NCBI GenBank assembly: GCA_963769425.1
Contig: CAVYLP010000003.1
Location: 1-64,000 of the forward strand
Length of the DNA stretch: 64,000 nt
Source of the DNA: Candidatus Bathyarchaeota archaeon
Lineage (GTDB): Archaea > Thermoproteota > Bathyarchaeia > TCS64
Direction: 5' to 3'
Made by a program: the position numbers and the translations under genes. Of the stretch, positions 47,231 through 55,664 are shown one piece after another (position 1 is the stretch's first letter; each line of letters opens with the position of its first letter). The notes under the pieces are model-generated. The model did not search any database. It was not told the origin of the DNA and was given only the letters and a program-made list of their open reading frames with translations.

Positions 47231-48139
47231 CTATATTCTTGACTTCCCGCACTTCCGGCAGAATGCCTCATTCCCCTTAAACTTAGTCCCACAATAATTG
47301 CACTTGGATTCGACTGCTTTAGGGAATTCAATGAGGTTTGGAGTCACCCTGTTCTTCTCATACCTCTTAGCAACTATAATCGCGCCCTCGATCATTATAA
47401 TCACTGGTATGAATAGAGCAAGATCCGCGAGCGGGCCTCCATCTGGACTTATCAGCGCTGTGATGGCGTAGATTATAATGTAGAAGATCTTCCTGTTCTG
47501 TGTGATGATGGAGGTACCAACTACGCCAAATTTTACCAGAAGCACAAAAAAGACCGGAAATGTAAATCCAAATCCAGTGAATAGTACCGTAGTGAAGATC
47601 ATCGAGTAGAAATCAAGAGCCGTGATGATTGGCTGCGCGCCCACGAACTGTGCGAAAATAATCACCGTCAACGACATAAATGGAGCTAAAAATAGGTAAC
47701 CGAAGGCTGCCCCGGCTGCGAAGAAGAGTGTAAATCCTAACACAAAGGGGTAAACTGCCTTCCTTTCGTTCTCTAGCAGGGCTGGATTAATGAATTGAAA
47801 TATCTCGTATCCAATGATCGGGGAACTGACAACAAACCCGAGTAGGATAGAGGCGAAGACATAAACCTCGAGAGGATCACCAATCTGCAGACTGATAATC
47901 TGTAGCTCAGTTGGAGCAACATAGTTCTTGACGACCTCCAGCATGACCGAGATCATTGGTCTGTAAAATCCTGTAAGAAAACTTGAAGGATTAATTAAAT
48001 CAAGGGGATTCGCGGGGAAAAGCATGAAAAAGATAGTGCTTACGAGAAGTGCAATAATAATAACCTTAGATCTGTCGGCCAACTCCTGAACATGCTCAAG
48101 AAAATTAGCCACTATACCAGGTTCTTCAGTCGCCGCCAC
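47231..48139 (-). CDS. tatC: Twin-arginine translocase TatC with a C-terminal zinc ribbon
   Basis: FLEHVQEL, YEIFQFINPALLENE and ISPDG; tail CNYCG..FCRKCG. Confidence 0.92.
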   Translation of the reverse strand: MAATEEPGIVANFLEHVQELADRSKVIIIALLVSTIFFMLFPANPLDLINPSSFLTGFYRPMISVMLEVVKNYVAPTELQIISLQIGDPLEVYVFASILLGFVVSSPIIGYEIFQFINPALLENERKAVYPFVLGFTLFFAAGAAFGYLFLAPFMSLTVIIFAQFVGAQPIITALDFYSMIFTTVLFTGFGFTFPVFFVLLVKFGVVGTSIITQNRKIFYIIIYAITALISPDGGPLADLALFIPVIIMIEGAIIVAKRYEKNRVTPNLIEFPKAVESKCNYCGTKFKGNEAFCRKCGKSRI

Positions 48140-48185
48140 ATAGCATCCCTACAGGACTGGTGAGTAATTAAAAAAAGGAAAGACC

Positions 48186-48482
48186 TTAGAGGTTGGTCTT
48201 CTTCGCAACAATCGCGTCGGCGATCTCATCCCGCGTCTTCCCGACTGTTTCGATGCCGAGTTGCTGCGCCACCTCAATGATTTTATCGGGTGCCGGAGCA
48301 CTCTTAGGAGCCTCCTTCATGGCCTCCTGCGTGAAGACCTCTACCTCACTCGCGGCCTTAGAATATTCATTCTTCGCGCGTCCGAGCGCCCTGGCTAATT
48401 CAGGGATCTTGTTAGGTCCCCAGATCAGGAATATCATGATGGCTCCGACAATTACAACCAGTTCAAGTGGATCTAACGCCAT
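48186..48482 (-). CDS. tatA: Twin-arginine translocase TatA/E
   Basis: ELVVIV..IWGPNKIPELARALGRAKNEY. Confidence 0.92.
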   Translation of the reverse strand: MALDPLELVVIVGAIMIFLIWGPNKIPELARALGRAKNEYSKAASEVEVFTQEAMKEAPKSAPAPDKIIEVAQQLGIETVGKTRDEIADAIVAKKTNL

Positions 48483-48527
48483 TTTCCATCGATTCAGCGA
48501 AGGGAAGCTTTCTTAATATACCTAATC

Positions 48528-48559
48528 GATTAGCTATTTTTAATTTAAAATAGCTAATC
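48528..48559. promoter_or_regulatory. Perfect 13-bp inverted repeat with a 6-bp spacer upstream of tatA
   Basis: GATTAGCTATTTT-TAATTT-AAAATAGCTAATC. Confidence 0.6.
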
Positions 48560-48643
48560 AATTCATCAAGATACAGTTTTTCATCTTATCTATTTATAAA
48601 AAAAAATTCTAATGGAGAAACCACTGCTCGACAGCGAGGCGGG

Positions 48644-48673
48644 TGGTGTAGGAATGGAAATTGAACCAATTGT
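48644..48673 (-). repeat. Degenerate copy of the tRNA-Met 3' end (att-like)
   Basis: TGGTGTA-GGAATGGAAATTGAACCAATTGT vs TGGTGCCGGGAATGGGAATTGAACCCATGGT (50022-50052): 25/31 identical by manual alignment. Confidence 0.7.
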
Positions 48674-48768
48674 AATAGCCATATAACGGCTGTCCTTTTC
48701 ACACATCTCTATTCGACTAATTAACTGATGCCCCCAAAACCTCGCATGCAGTTGAGAGCACGCACATA

Positions 48769-49799
48769 TTGGTTAGAAAATACGTAACTCCTATAATGGT
48801 AAAAATCACATCTGTGTCTGATAACACATTGGAAAAAGTAGGCGAACCTTCATTAAAGCAATACTTGAACCAAATCATTGACTACGTAAAGACAAAAGAA
48901 CAACCCAACAAACAAATTACCTCAAATAAACTCGTAGAAACACTCTTCGACACACTACTCTCACACGACTTCTGCTACCTAACGAGAACCCAAGTCGTAC
49001 CCTACACATCGCAGATAATCGACGCATTCCAATCCGCAACACAGAAAAACAAACCACTACCCATGTACCTTGACCTCGGGCCCGGATACCACGCAGCCCT
49101 TGAAAAAAGCGACCCAAGACGCCTCTCCTTCGAGGTAGACCTAGGAGAACTCCTAGTTCTATATCAGATGAGAAAATTCATCAATAGAGTAAATAAAATC
49201 TATCCACCCGGGGCTGAGTTCAACATTATAATTGACAACGTGTGCGCTGTCTACGTAAACGACATCAACACTAAGGAAACGGAGCACTACTGCAGCCGAT
49301 TCAGGGAACTAATAAGAGAGATGAATATGGAGGACCATGTAAAACTCCTCGTCGAATCGGAGCACTTCAACGTATCAGACTATGATGTTAAACCAATCCC
49401 CGAAGATGAAATAAAATCCTACGAACTCACAAAAGATGAACATGAAAACGTCGAACGATTCATTGGGCGCGCCTGCTCCAAAGAAGAGGCAATTAGGAGA
49501 ATACTAACATACAAACAGATAGGAGACAGAACAGATGAGTTATTCTACAGCTTTTTCCAACACGGAGTACACATGACACAGAGAGCCTCAAAGCACAACG
49601 ATAAGCTTCAGACCATTCCCAGGAGGCGACTCTAGGATACAGAGCCGGAAAAGTCGTCCTCGGCATCAACAACAGAAACAAAGTGTATCCCTTCCTGTTA
49701 ACCAGCACCAACTACGAAAAATTCGTATATGAGAGCTTCACCTTCCCGGAGATTCAACCGAAGGCAATTCGAGAAATAACGTTCGCTCACCCATCATAA
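48769..49799 (+). CDS. Hypothetical protein with partial resemblance to the Dit1/PvcA (isonitrile synthase) fold; frameshifted near 49590 and 49645
   Basis: DLGELLVL..INRVNKIYPPGAEFNIIIDN..ETEHYCSRFRELI; shifted frames give FRPFPGGDSRIQ and ..FAHPS*. Confidence 0.55.
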
Positions 49800-50021
49800 A
49801 TATCCAATTAACAAGCGTTCAATCCTACTAAAGGATCGAAGGTCAGCCAAACGTAATTAATTCAATGGATTAGGCTTCATTCCAGCATTTCGAAAACAGG
49901 AACTAGCCGTCAAAGCAACCATAAAAACATCATACCTGCCACCTTGACGCTGCTAAAAAAGTCCAGACCCTCATGATTCACACCAATAATGAAGATTTCA
50001 GTTAATTATTAAAAATATAAT

Positions 50022-50131
50022 TGGTGCCGGGAATGGGAATTGAACCCATGGTCTCTATCCGGCTAAGGCACTGGTGCCTATAACCTCTGGATCATGAGTC
50101 CAGCGCATTAGCCAAGCTATGCTACCCCGGC
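50022..50131 (-). tRNA. tRNA-Met(CAT), elongator type, encoded CCA, 32-nt intron at position 43/44 (50055-50086)
   Basis: Acceptor stem GCCGGGG/TCCCGGC-A-CCA; anticodon arm CTGGA-CTCATGA-TCCAG; T arm ATGGG-TTCAATT-CCCAT; splice motif ATCC/GGAT helix with two AGA bulges; TTTAAA about 30 nt upstream. Confidence 0.92.
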
Positions 50132-50170
50132 CCTTCTGACCCATACACACTGCACAAATTTAAATCCTGA

Positions 50171-51367
50171 TCATCGCTCAACGAGCCTAGGTTCACTAAG
50201 GGCGATAGGTCTTCCCTTCTCAAAATACACCCTTGGTAACAGTGGATGCAACCCAACCATGAGGGAATACGTCATAATTCCGGCTAGTTCAGCCACGTTA
50301 TGCGCGTTATTCACACCACCACGCCCTATGGCTTCTACTACCCCACCCACGTCGACGTCTGTCCCATCAAGATCGACTAGGAAGTGATTGACAGATACCG
50401 TCCCTAGTACATGTTTGATCCTCCCATCCACCATGACTAGGCCTTTCTTCGTCAAGCCCCTCGGGTAGCCGTCGGAGTACCCGATATGAACTGTCCCCAC
50501 CTTCATCCTCTTAGAAGCCGTGAATCTCCTAGAATAGGTGAGGGACTCTCCAGACTCAACCCACTTGACCTGTTCGACTCGAGCTTTGAGGGAAATTGCC
50601 AACTTTAGGTCCAAACCGCTCTCCCGATCCTCAGGGTCGGGATAGAACCCGTAGAGCATTAAGCCCGGCCGAACAGCGTCCAAAAACGTGAAGGGTCTGT
50701 GGAAGACCGCGTTTCCACTTGCCATGCTGCGGACCCCATACCTAATCCCCAATCGATCCAACTCTGCGCTGACATCCTTCATTCTATCAACCTGAATCCG
50801 ATCAAGTTCCGCATCCTCCGACATGGTCGAGAAAATACCGGTTATCTCAAGGTGCGTAAGAGACGAAATATACTGAACGAGATCAACGGCTTCGCTCCAC
50901 CTTACACCAACTCTACCGAGTCCTGTGTCGATCTTAACCCGAGTCTCAGCCTTCTTCCCGACTTTTTGGGCTGCGGATTCTAGTCTCTCCGCCGTTTTCT
51001 TCTGGTAAATCGTCTGCGTGATTTCTTTTGTGACAACCAATTCATAATGCTCATCTGAGAAGAGGGGATCCATGCTGATCACACCACAATCAAGGTGAGA
51101 GTCCCTGATCTGCTCGGCCTCCCAAAGCTTTGCTACGAGGTACTGCTTGATGCCCATCCTCATCATATGCGCAACTACTGGTACCAACCCATGGCCGTAG
51201 GCATTCGTTTTAACACAGGGGATCACTTCGACTTGGACCTTTTTCTTAACTTCTTCAAGGTTGTATGTGATAGCGTCGAGGTCGATCTCGAGCCAAGAGG
51301 GAAAGCCCTGGATACGTTTCTCTATCTCTTCAGAGGAAAGCTGCCTAGCGAAATAGGCTTCAGCCAA
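50171..51367 (-). CDS. alr: Alanine racemase family (fold-III PLP) enzyme
   Basis: VKTNAYGHG, KIDTGLGRVG, VRPGLMLYG, LTYS and GYSDGYPR. Confidence 0.85.
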   Translation of the reverse strand: MAEAYFARQLSSEEIEKRIQGFPSWLEIDLDAITYNLEEVKKKVQVEVIPCVKTNAYGHGLVPVVAHMMRMGIKQYLVAKLWEAEQIRDSHLDCGVISMDPLFSDEHYELVVTKEITQTIYQKKTAERLESAAQKVGKKAETRVKIDTGLGRVGVRWSEAVDLVQYISSLTHLEITGIFSTMSEDAELDRIQVDRMKDVSAELDRLGIRYGVRSMASGNAVFHRPFTFLDAVRPGLMLYGFYPDPEDRESGLDLKLAISLKARVEQVKWVESGESLTYSRRFTASKRMKVGTVHIGYSDGYPRGLTKKGLVMVDGRIKHVLGTVSVNHFLVDLDGTDVDVGGVVEAIGRGGVNNAHNVAELAGIMTYSLMVGLHPLLPRVYFEKGRPIALSEPRLVER

Positions 51368-51676
51368 GTGACATCGACGGATTAACTGGCTCTAATCCTA
51401 TTAAATAGGTTTGGCGAATTAACACAATTTACCCAGAAAAGCCATGACAACATGGACTTGCAAATCCCTGACCAGAACCAAACACTCACTATGACCTTCA
51501 CAACGCTAGGGGGCTATCACTTATTGTAGCGTTCACACAAGGCCCTTGTAGATAGGATATAAGGGTCATGGCAAGGCGTAGAAATAAGCTAGAATTGACT
51601 TAGATTTAAGAAATTTCTCCTAACTATAAATACGATTCTTCCTTTTATAAAAACGGAGAACCGTGAGGTAGTAAAA

Positions 51677-52075
51677 ATGTCCGCTCCGATCCCTCCGTCA
51701 GCTATAGACTGGGGTAAGGTCTTCGAGATATTTCTCGTACTTGGAGCGATCGCCTTGACGGTGGTCATGGGATCAATGCTCTACATGCTTGTAAAATACA
51801 GATTTAGGGGAGGGGAGTGGACAGAGAGACCGATTGACCCATCTCACGAAAACACTACCCGTTGGAGGGAAGCGATAATCTTCGCCTCAATATCATTCCT
51901 TGTACTCTTTGGATTAGCCATAGTCTCATACAGGGCAGTAGTATACATCCAGAATCCGCCGATCGCCACTAATTCCTACGAGATAAAGGTCACGGCGTTT
52001 CAATGGGACTTCAGGTTTACCTATCCTAACGGATACTCAACGGTTGGGGTATGCAATGTCCCAGCTAATGCGCGC
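51677..52075 (+). pseudogene. coxB: Cytochrome c oxidase subunit II, N-terminal part, truncated by the IS
   Basis: Two TM helices, then IKVTAFQWDFRFTYPNG..VPAN. The CuA-binding half is absent after the IS. Confidence 0.8.
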
Positions 52076-53337
52076 TGCCTTGTCCCGAAATTAACGGCCA
52101 AACACCAATCCCTCGAGCAAGGAGACATAAAATCAACTCACAAAAACCACTAAGCCACATCAACCCCTCCGAAGCCCACAAAACACCCACAACAGACTAC
52201 ACCCCCAGAACCCCAAACCCACTACCCACTAGCCACCCCCACCAGAAACCCCTCAGACGAGACCCTCACACGTTGAAGAACGTAGGCGAAACAGCCTTCT
52301 CAGGCCGACCCAGACACTCAGCCGCCTCACGAACCAGCACGACACAGAGCAGGCTCAGCAACGCATACACCGAAACGCATCCCAGCCTCCTCACATTGTT
52401 CACGGTCAAACCGTACTGGGTCTTCAGCCAGCTGAACACCGACTCCACCAGCGGACGCTTATGGTACTCGGCCACGAGCCCAGGTGGACCGTGAGTCCTG
52501 AACCTACGATCAACCCTCAGAATCCCCTCACCTCTCTGGTTAGCAGTATACGGAATCACCGAATCAGAGACGAGACCCCTCACCGCCGAGCTACTGTACT
52601 GGCTGTCCGCCACCAGGCTCCTCACCAACCCGCCGGCCCTAACCAGCACCGCCCTGGCCTTCTCAACCAAGCCTGGAGCGTGCTTCTTCTCGTTGTCGTT
52701 AGCGGGAGCCAGCAGAGTGGCTAAGGGAAGCATCGTTTTGTGGTCCACCGCGACGTGGAGTTTGTAGCCGAGGTCGTAGCCCCTGCCGTTCCTGCCCACT
52801 AGGGCGTCTGGGTCAGAGTACGCGACCCTGCTGTTATCCGGGTGCCTGATGCTCCGTGCCTTGATGAAGCTCGCATCCAGGAGCACATCGACCTCAGGGG
52901 CTCTGAATCTGAGGAGTTTGACCACCTTCTCCTCGAGGATGAGCTGGAGGACGTCGGATCCGACCCGCTTCGTGAATCTGCTGATGACGGATCTGGGGTA
53001 GCCTCTCTGTTTCCCGTATATGAGGCAGAGCCGTCTGAGTCGCCGGTCGACGTCGAGGATCCGGGTGAGCTCGCGGAGGCTTCGGATGCCTTTCAGCCTC
53101 ATTATGAGGAGGGCTCTTAGGATTCCGAGTGGGTTTCTGGGTGGTCTGCCGGCTCCGGTTGTGTGGTAGCAGCCGATGAGTTGTTTTTGGGCAATGCTTA
53201 AGTCGACGTTTCTGAAGAGTGTTTCAAGGGTCTCGTGTTCGTCCTGTCCTAACGGACTCGACCTCCTCTGGTTCCCGCCATGGGTGACGAGACCCTAACT
53301 TTCAAGATAAACTTGTCTCGAATTTAGGGACAAGGCA
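52076..53337 (-). mobile_element. IS element (DUF772 + DDE_Tnp_1; IS5/IS1182-like) with 17-bp TIRs, flanked by GCGCGC on both sides
   Basis: Left end TGCCTTGTCCCGAAATT (52076-52092); right end AATTTAGGGACAAGGCA (53321-53337); GCGCGC at 52070-52075 and 53338-53343. Confidence 0.9.
52266..53252 (-). CDS. DDE transposase
   Basis: The frame is open upstream of 53102 (GAGRPPRNPLGILRALLIMRLKG); LDAS, GYKLH, ADSQY and YHKRPLVESVFSWLK. The start is uncertain. Confidence 0.9.
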   Translation of the reverse strand, partial: LGQDEHETLETLFRNVDLSIAQKQLIGCYHTTGAGRPPRNPLGILRALLIMRLKGIRSLRELTRILDVDRRLRRLCLIYGKQRGYPRSVISRFTKRVGSDVLQLILEEKVVKLLRFRAPEVDVLLDASFIKARSIRHPDNSRVAYSDPDALVGRNGRGYDLGYKLHVAVDHKTMLPLATLLAPANDNEKKHAPGLVEKARAVLVRAGGLVRSLVADSQYSSSAVRGLVSDSVIPYTANQRGEGILRVDRRFRTHGPPGLVAEYHKRPLVESVFSWLKTQYGLTVNNVRRLGCVSVYALLSLLCVVLVREAAECLGRPEKAVSPTFFNV

Positions 53338-53532
53338 GCGCGCGATAAGACTATGGCCCCAAACCCAAATTAGATCTTGATTTCTGCTAGATTTTTATTC
53401 TTTGAAAGAAAAAACTAAATATTTCTTAAAGTATGTGAAAGATGTGTATAGATATGCGCGCGCAGTTAAATTTAATATTTATAAACTCTGGTGCAAAATC
53501 GATCTATTGCACCAATAAGTGGCGAAAAATAA

Positions 53533-53783
53533 ATGACGAAAGAGACGTTCGAAATAGGTGAGACCGAAAAACACCTTATAATAGTTGACGCGAGCATATT
53601 TTGGAAACATATAACCATCGAAATAGATGGGAAAACAATGGTTAATGAGTACAGTTATTCACCGATGCCGAAGAAATTCCAGTTCGACGTGGGAACTTCC
53701 GAAAAGCATCAGTGGAAATCAGCGCCGGGGGCTTCTCACCCATCAAAGTCGTTGTAGATGGCAAAGAGGCTCAAAAAACCTGA
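53533..53783 (+). CDS. Small beta-rich hypothetical protein; frameshift at ~53712
   Basis: Internal repeat FEIGETEKH / FDVGTSEKH; continues EISAGGFSPIKVVVDGKEAQKT*; TTTATAAA and a GGTGCAA..TTGCACC dyad upstream. Confidence 0.6.
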
Positions 53784-53848
53784 ACATGCACCGCAGTAAT
53801 TCGTTAGACATGATCAACATAGAAAGCTAGCGAGAAAACTCGGAAATC

Positions 53849-54524
53849 TTACTGGGCCCGCGTCTCCATAACAGGCGGGACGCGATACTCGCCGTTCAGG
53901 ATGGCCGGGCCGGGCTGGTAGACGCGCAGCCAGAGTATGAATTTGCCTGCAGGCGCGGGCAACCAGTTGGATTCATGGCCTGCCGGAGCGGCGTTCTGAA
54001 TATAAATGTCGACGGAGCCGTCGGCGTTTGGCACGAGTCCCGACCGGTCGCTCACGCTGTACCGGTTGATTGGATTCGGCACAAAGCGATTGTGGTCATC
54101 ACCCATAGTCAGCGACCAGAATGCATTGTTCGGCGGGAGTTGTCCTGCCGGGAAGTGCATGATGTAGTCGTGCTCTCCGGAGAGCGGATGACCCGCGCCA
54201 TCTGCGTCCGTCGTCCAGTACATCGCCTCCTCCGGTACGTTTACCGGGCCAGGAAATATCTGGGCGCATGCGGCTCTGAACAGAAAGCCGATTGCCAGGC
54301 TCGCCGCATCCGAAAATGGTGGTCCAGCCGTTGACCTTCGTGACATAGATCCTCGCAATAATCGGGAGCGTGACAAACGCCAGCCCGAAGCCGAGGAGGA
54401 TGCCTTGTATCACGTCATTACGCACAGTTCTTGAATTGGGATTTAAGATGAACGAATTGATGATGAAAAAGACGAATACCACGCCGATGAGTACCGTCAG
54501 AATAGCGTATGTTCTGCTGCTCAT
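53849..54524 (-). CDS. DUF1214 domain membrane-anchored protein; frameshifted
   Basis: EEAMY..LSGEHDY.MHFPAGQLPP..FWSLTM..DGSVDIYIQ..NWLPAP..LRVYQP. Confidence 0.85.
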
Positions 54525-55111
54525 ATTGATCCCTCCTGGTTTAGCGGTGTGAGCCGTATCTGCTTTGCAAGATGATGGGCGGTCGGCAGGTCGCTGTCGC
54601 TCTCCACGAGCACTCGGCCGATGACGAGCACCGAGTTGTTCGGCGAGGATATCTGTTTCATGCCGCTCGGCACCTGTCCTTTCCAGTTCGGCCCCGTGAT
54701 GAGGTAGTCGCCGGCTTCGGTTCCCGTGGTACGTTTGCCGACGTAGGCGAAAACTGTGTTGTTCGACGGGTCGGTGAACTGCACGCTGTAGTAGCGGCCG
54801 TTCATGTCCGGGACGTGCAGGACTTGCGGCCCTTTTCTGAGGTCAAGCCAGCCGACCGTAGAGCGTGTCGCGGTTCACGCCGTAGTCACCAGGTTTGAGG
54901 CCGAGGCGGGCGGGTGGAGGGGGTCTGCAAAGAGTGTTTGGGGCTCCGTATAGAGCGTATTGACCGGGATGGGGCCTTCGCCGAACCCTTTAACGAGGAT
55001 CGCTCTCTTGTACACGTACAGAATTATGCGTGGCCAATTGTAGATGAAAAGGAACCATGTCACGACCATGATCGAACCGAAAATTAATAGATCTTCGAGT
55101 TCCCACATCAT
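54521..55111 (-). CDS. DUF1254 domain protein; frameshifted
   Basis: NRDTLY..LDL..P.VLHVPDMNGRYYSVQFTD..YVGKRTTGTEAGDYLITGPNW. Confidence 0.85.
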
Positions 55112-55266
55112 GGATTCATCTTACATGATTGTTTATACAGTTTGCCATGATCTCATCTTTGATGAGGAGGTTGTATTGAAAAATGCCAACAAACTTTCAA
55201 CGAAAATTATTGCGCGGTTGTGGGTAAATGTTGGTTGTCTTTATGAGTAAAATCGCGTCTCGCGCA

Positions 55267-55600
55267 CGCCCCGCTACCATTAGCTAACCCCTCAATCTCA
55301 GAGAGAGTACTCAAAGCGTTACGGAGTATCAGGATCCTTAACAAGAACTCTCAGTTGACATATGCCAAGCATCTCAGAAGGCTGGCTAAAGGAGTAAACC
55401 TTGATTCTTCCGAGAGGTTTGCACTAATCTTTCATCTGAGCAAACATGGGCTAAGACCCGATGAAATCAGTAAGATAAAACTCAGTTTTTAATGGGGATA
55501 GAGGTGAGCTTTCGGTTAGAACATCAAAGCTTGGTCTTGAATGGACGCTGAGATTGAAAAGAGAATCTAGCGATTTATTTAGAGATCAACTTGCCTTGAT
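55267..55600 (+). pseudogene. Tyrosine integrase remnant whose frame opens through a tRNA-3'-end-like sequence
   Basis: APLPLANPSISERVLKALRS..TYAKHLRRLAKGVNLD..HGLRPDEISKIKL, then in a shifted frame RGELSVRTSKLG. It begins at CGCCCCGCTACCA. Confidence 0.7.
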
Positions 55601-55664
55601 CCAGATGCATTTCTTCTTTGAATTAGTTATTGGGTTAGAGGTTTTTGCGACAGCGTGGCACTGT

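Noticed and set aside
50022-50131. tRNA as Ile2 (CAT), initiator Met, or a long-variable-arm tRNA
   Set aside because: The GCCGGGG acceptor stem fits elongator Met, and the extra 32 nt form a splice motif.
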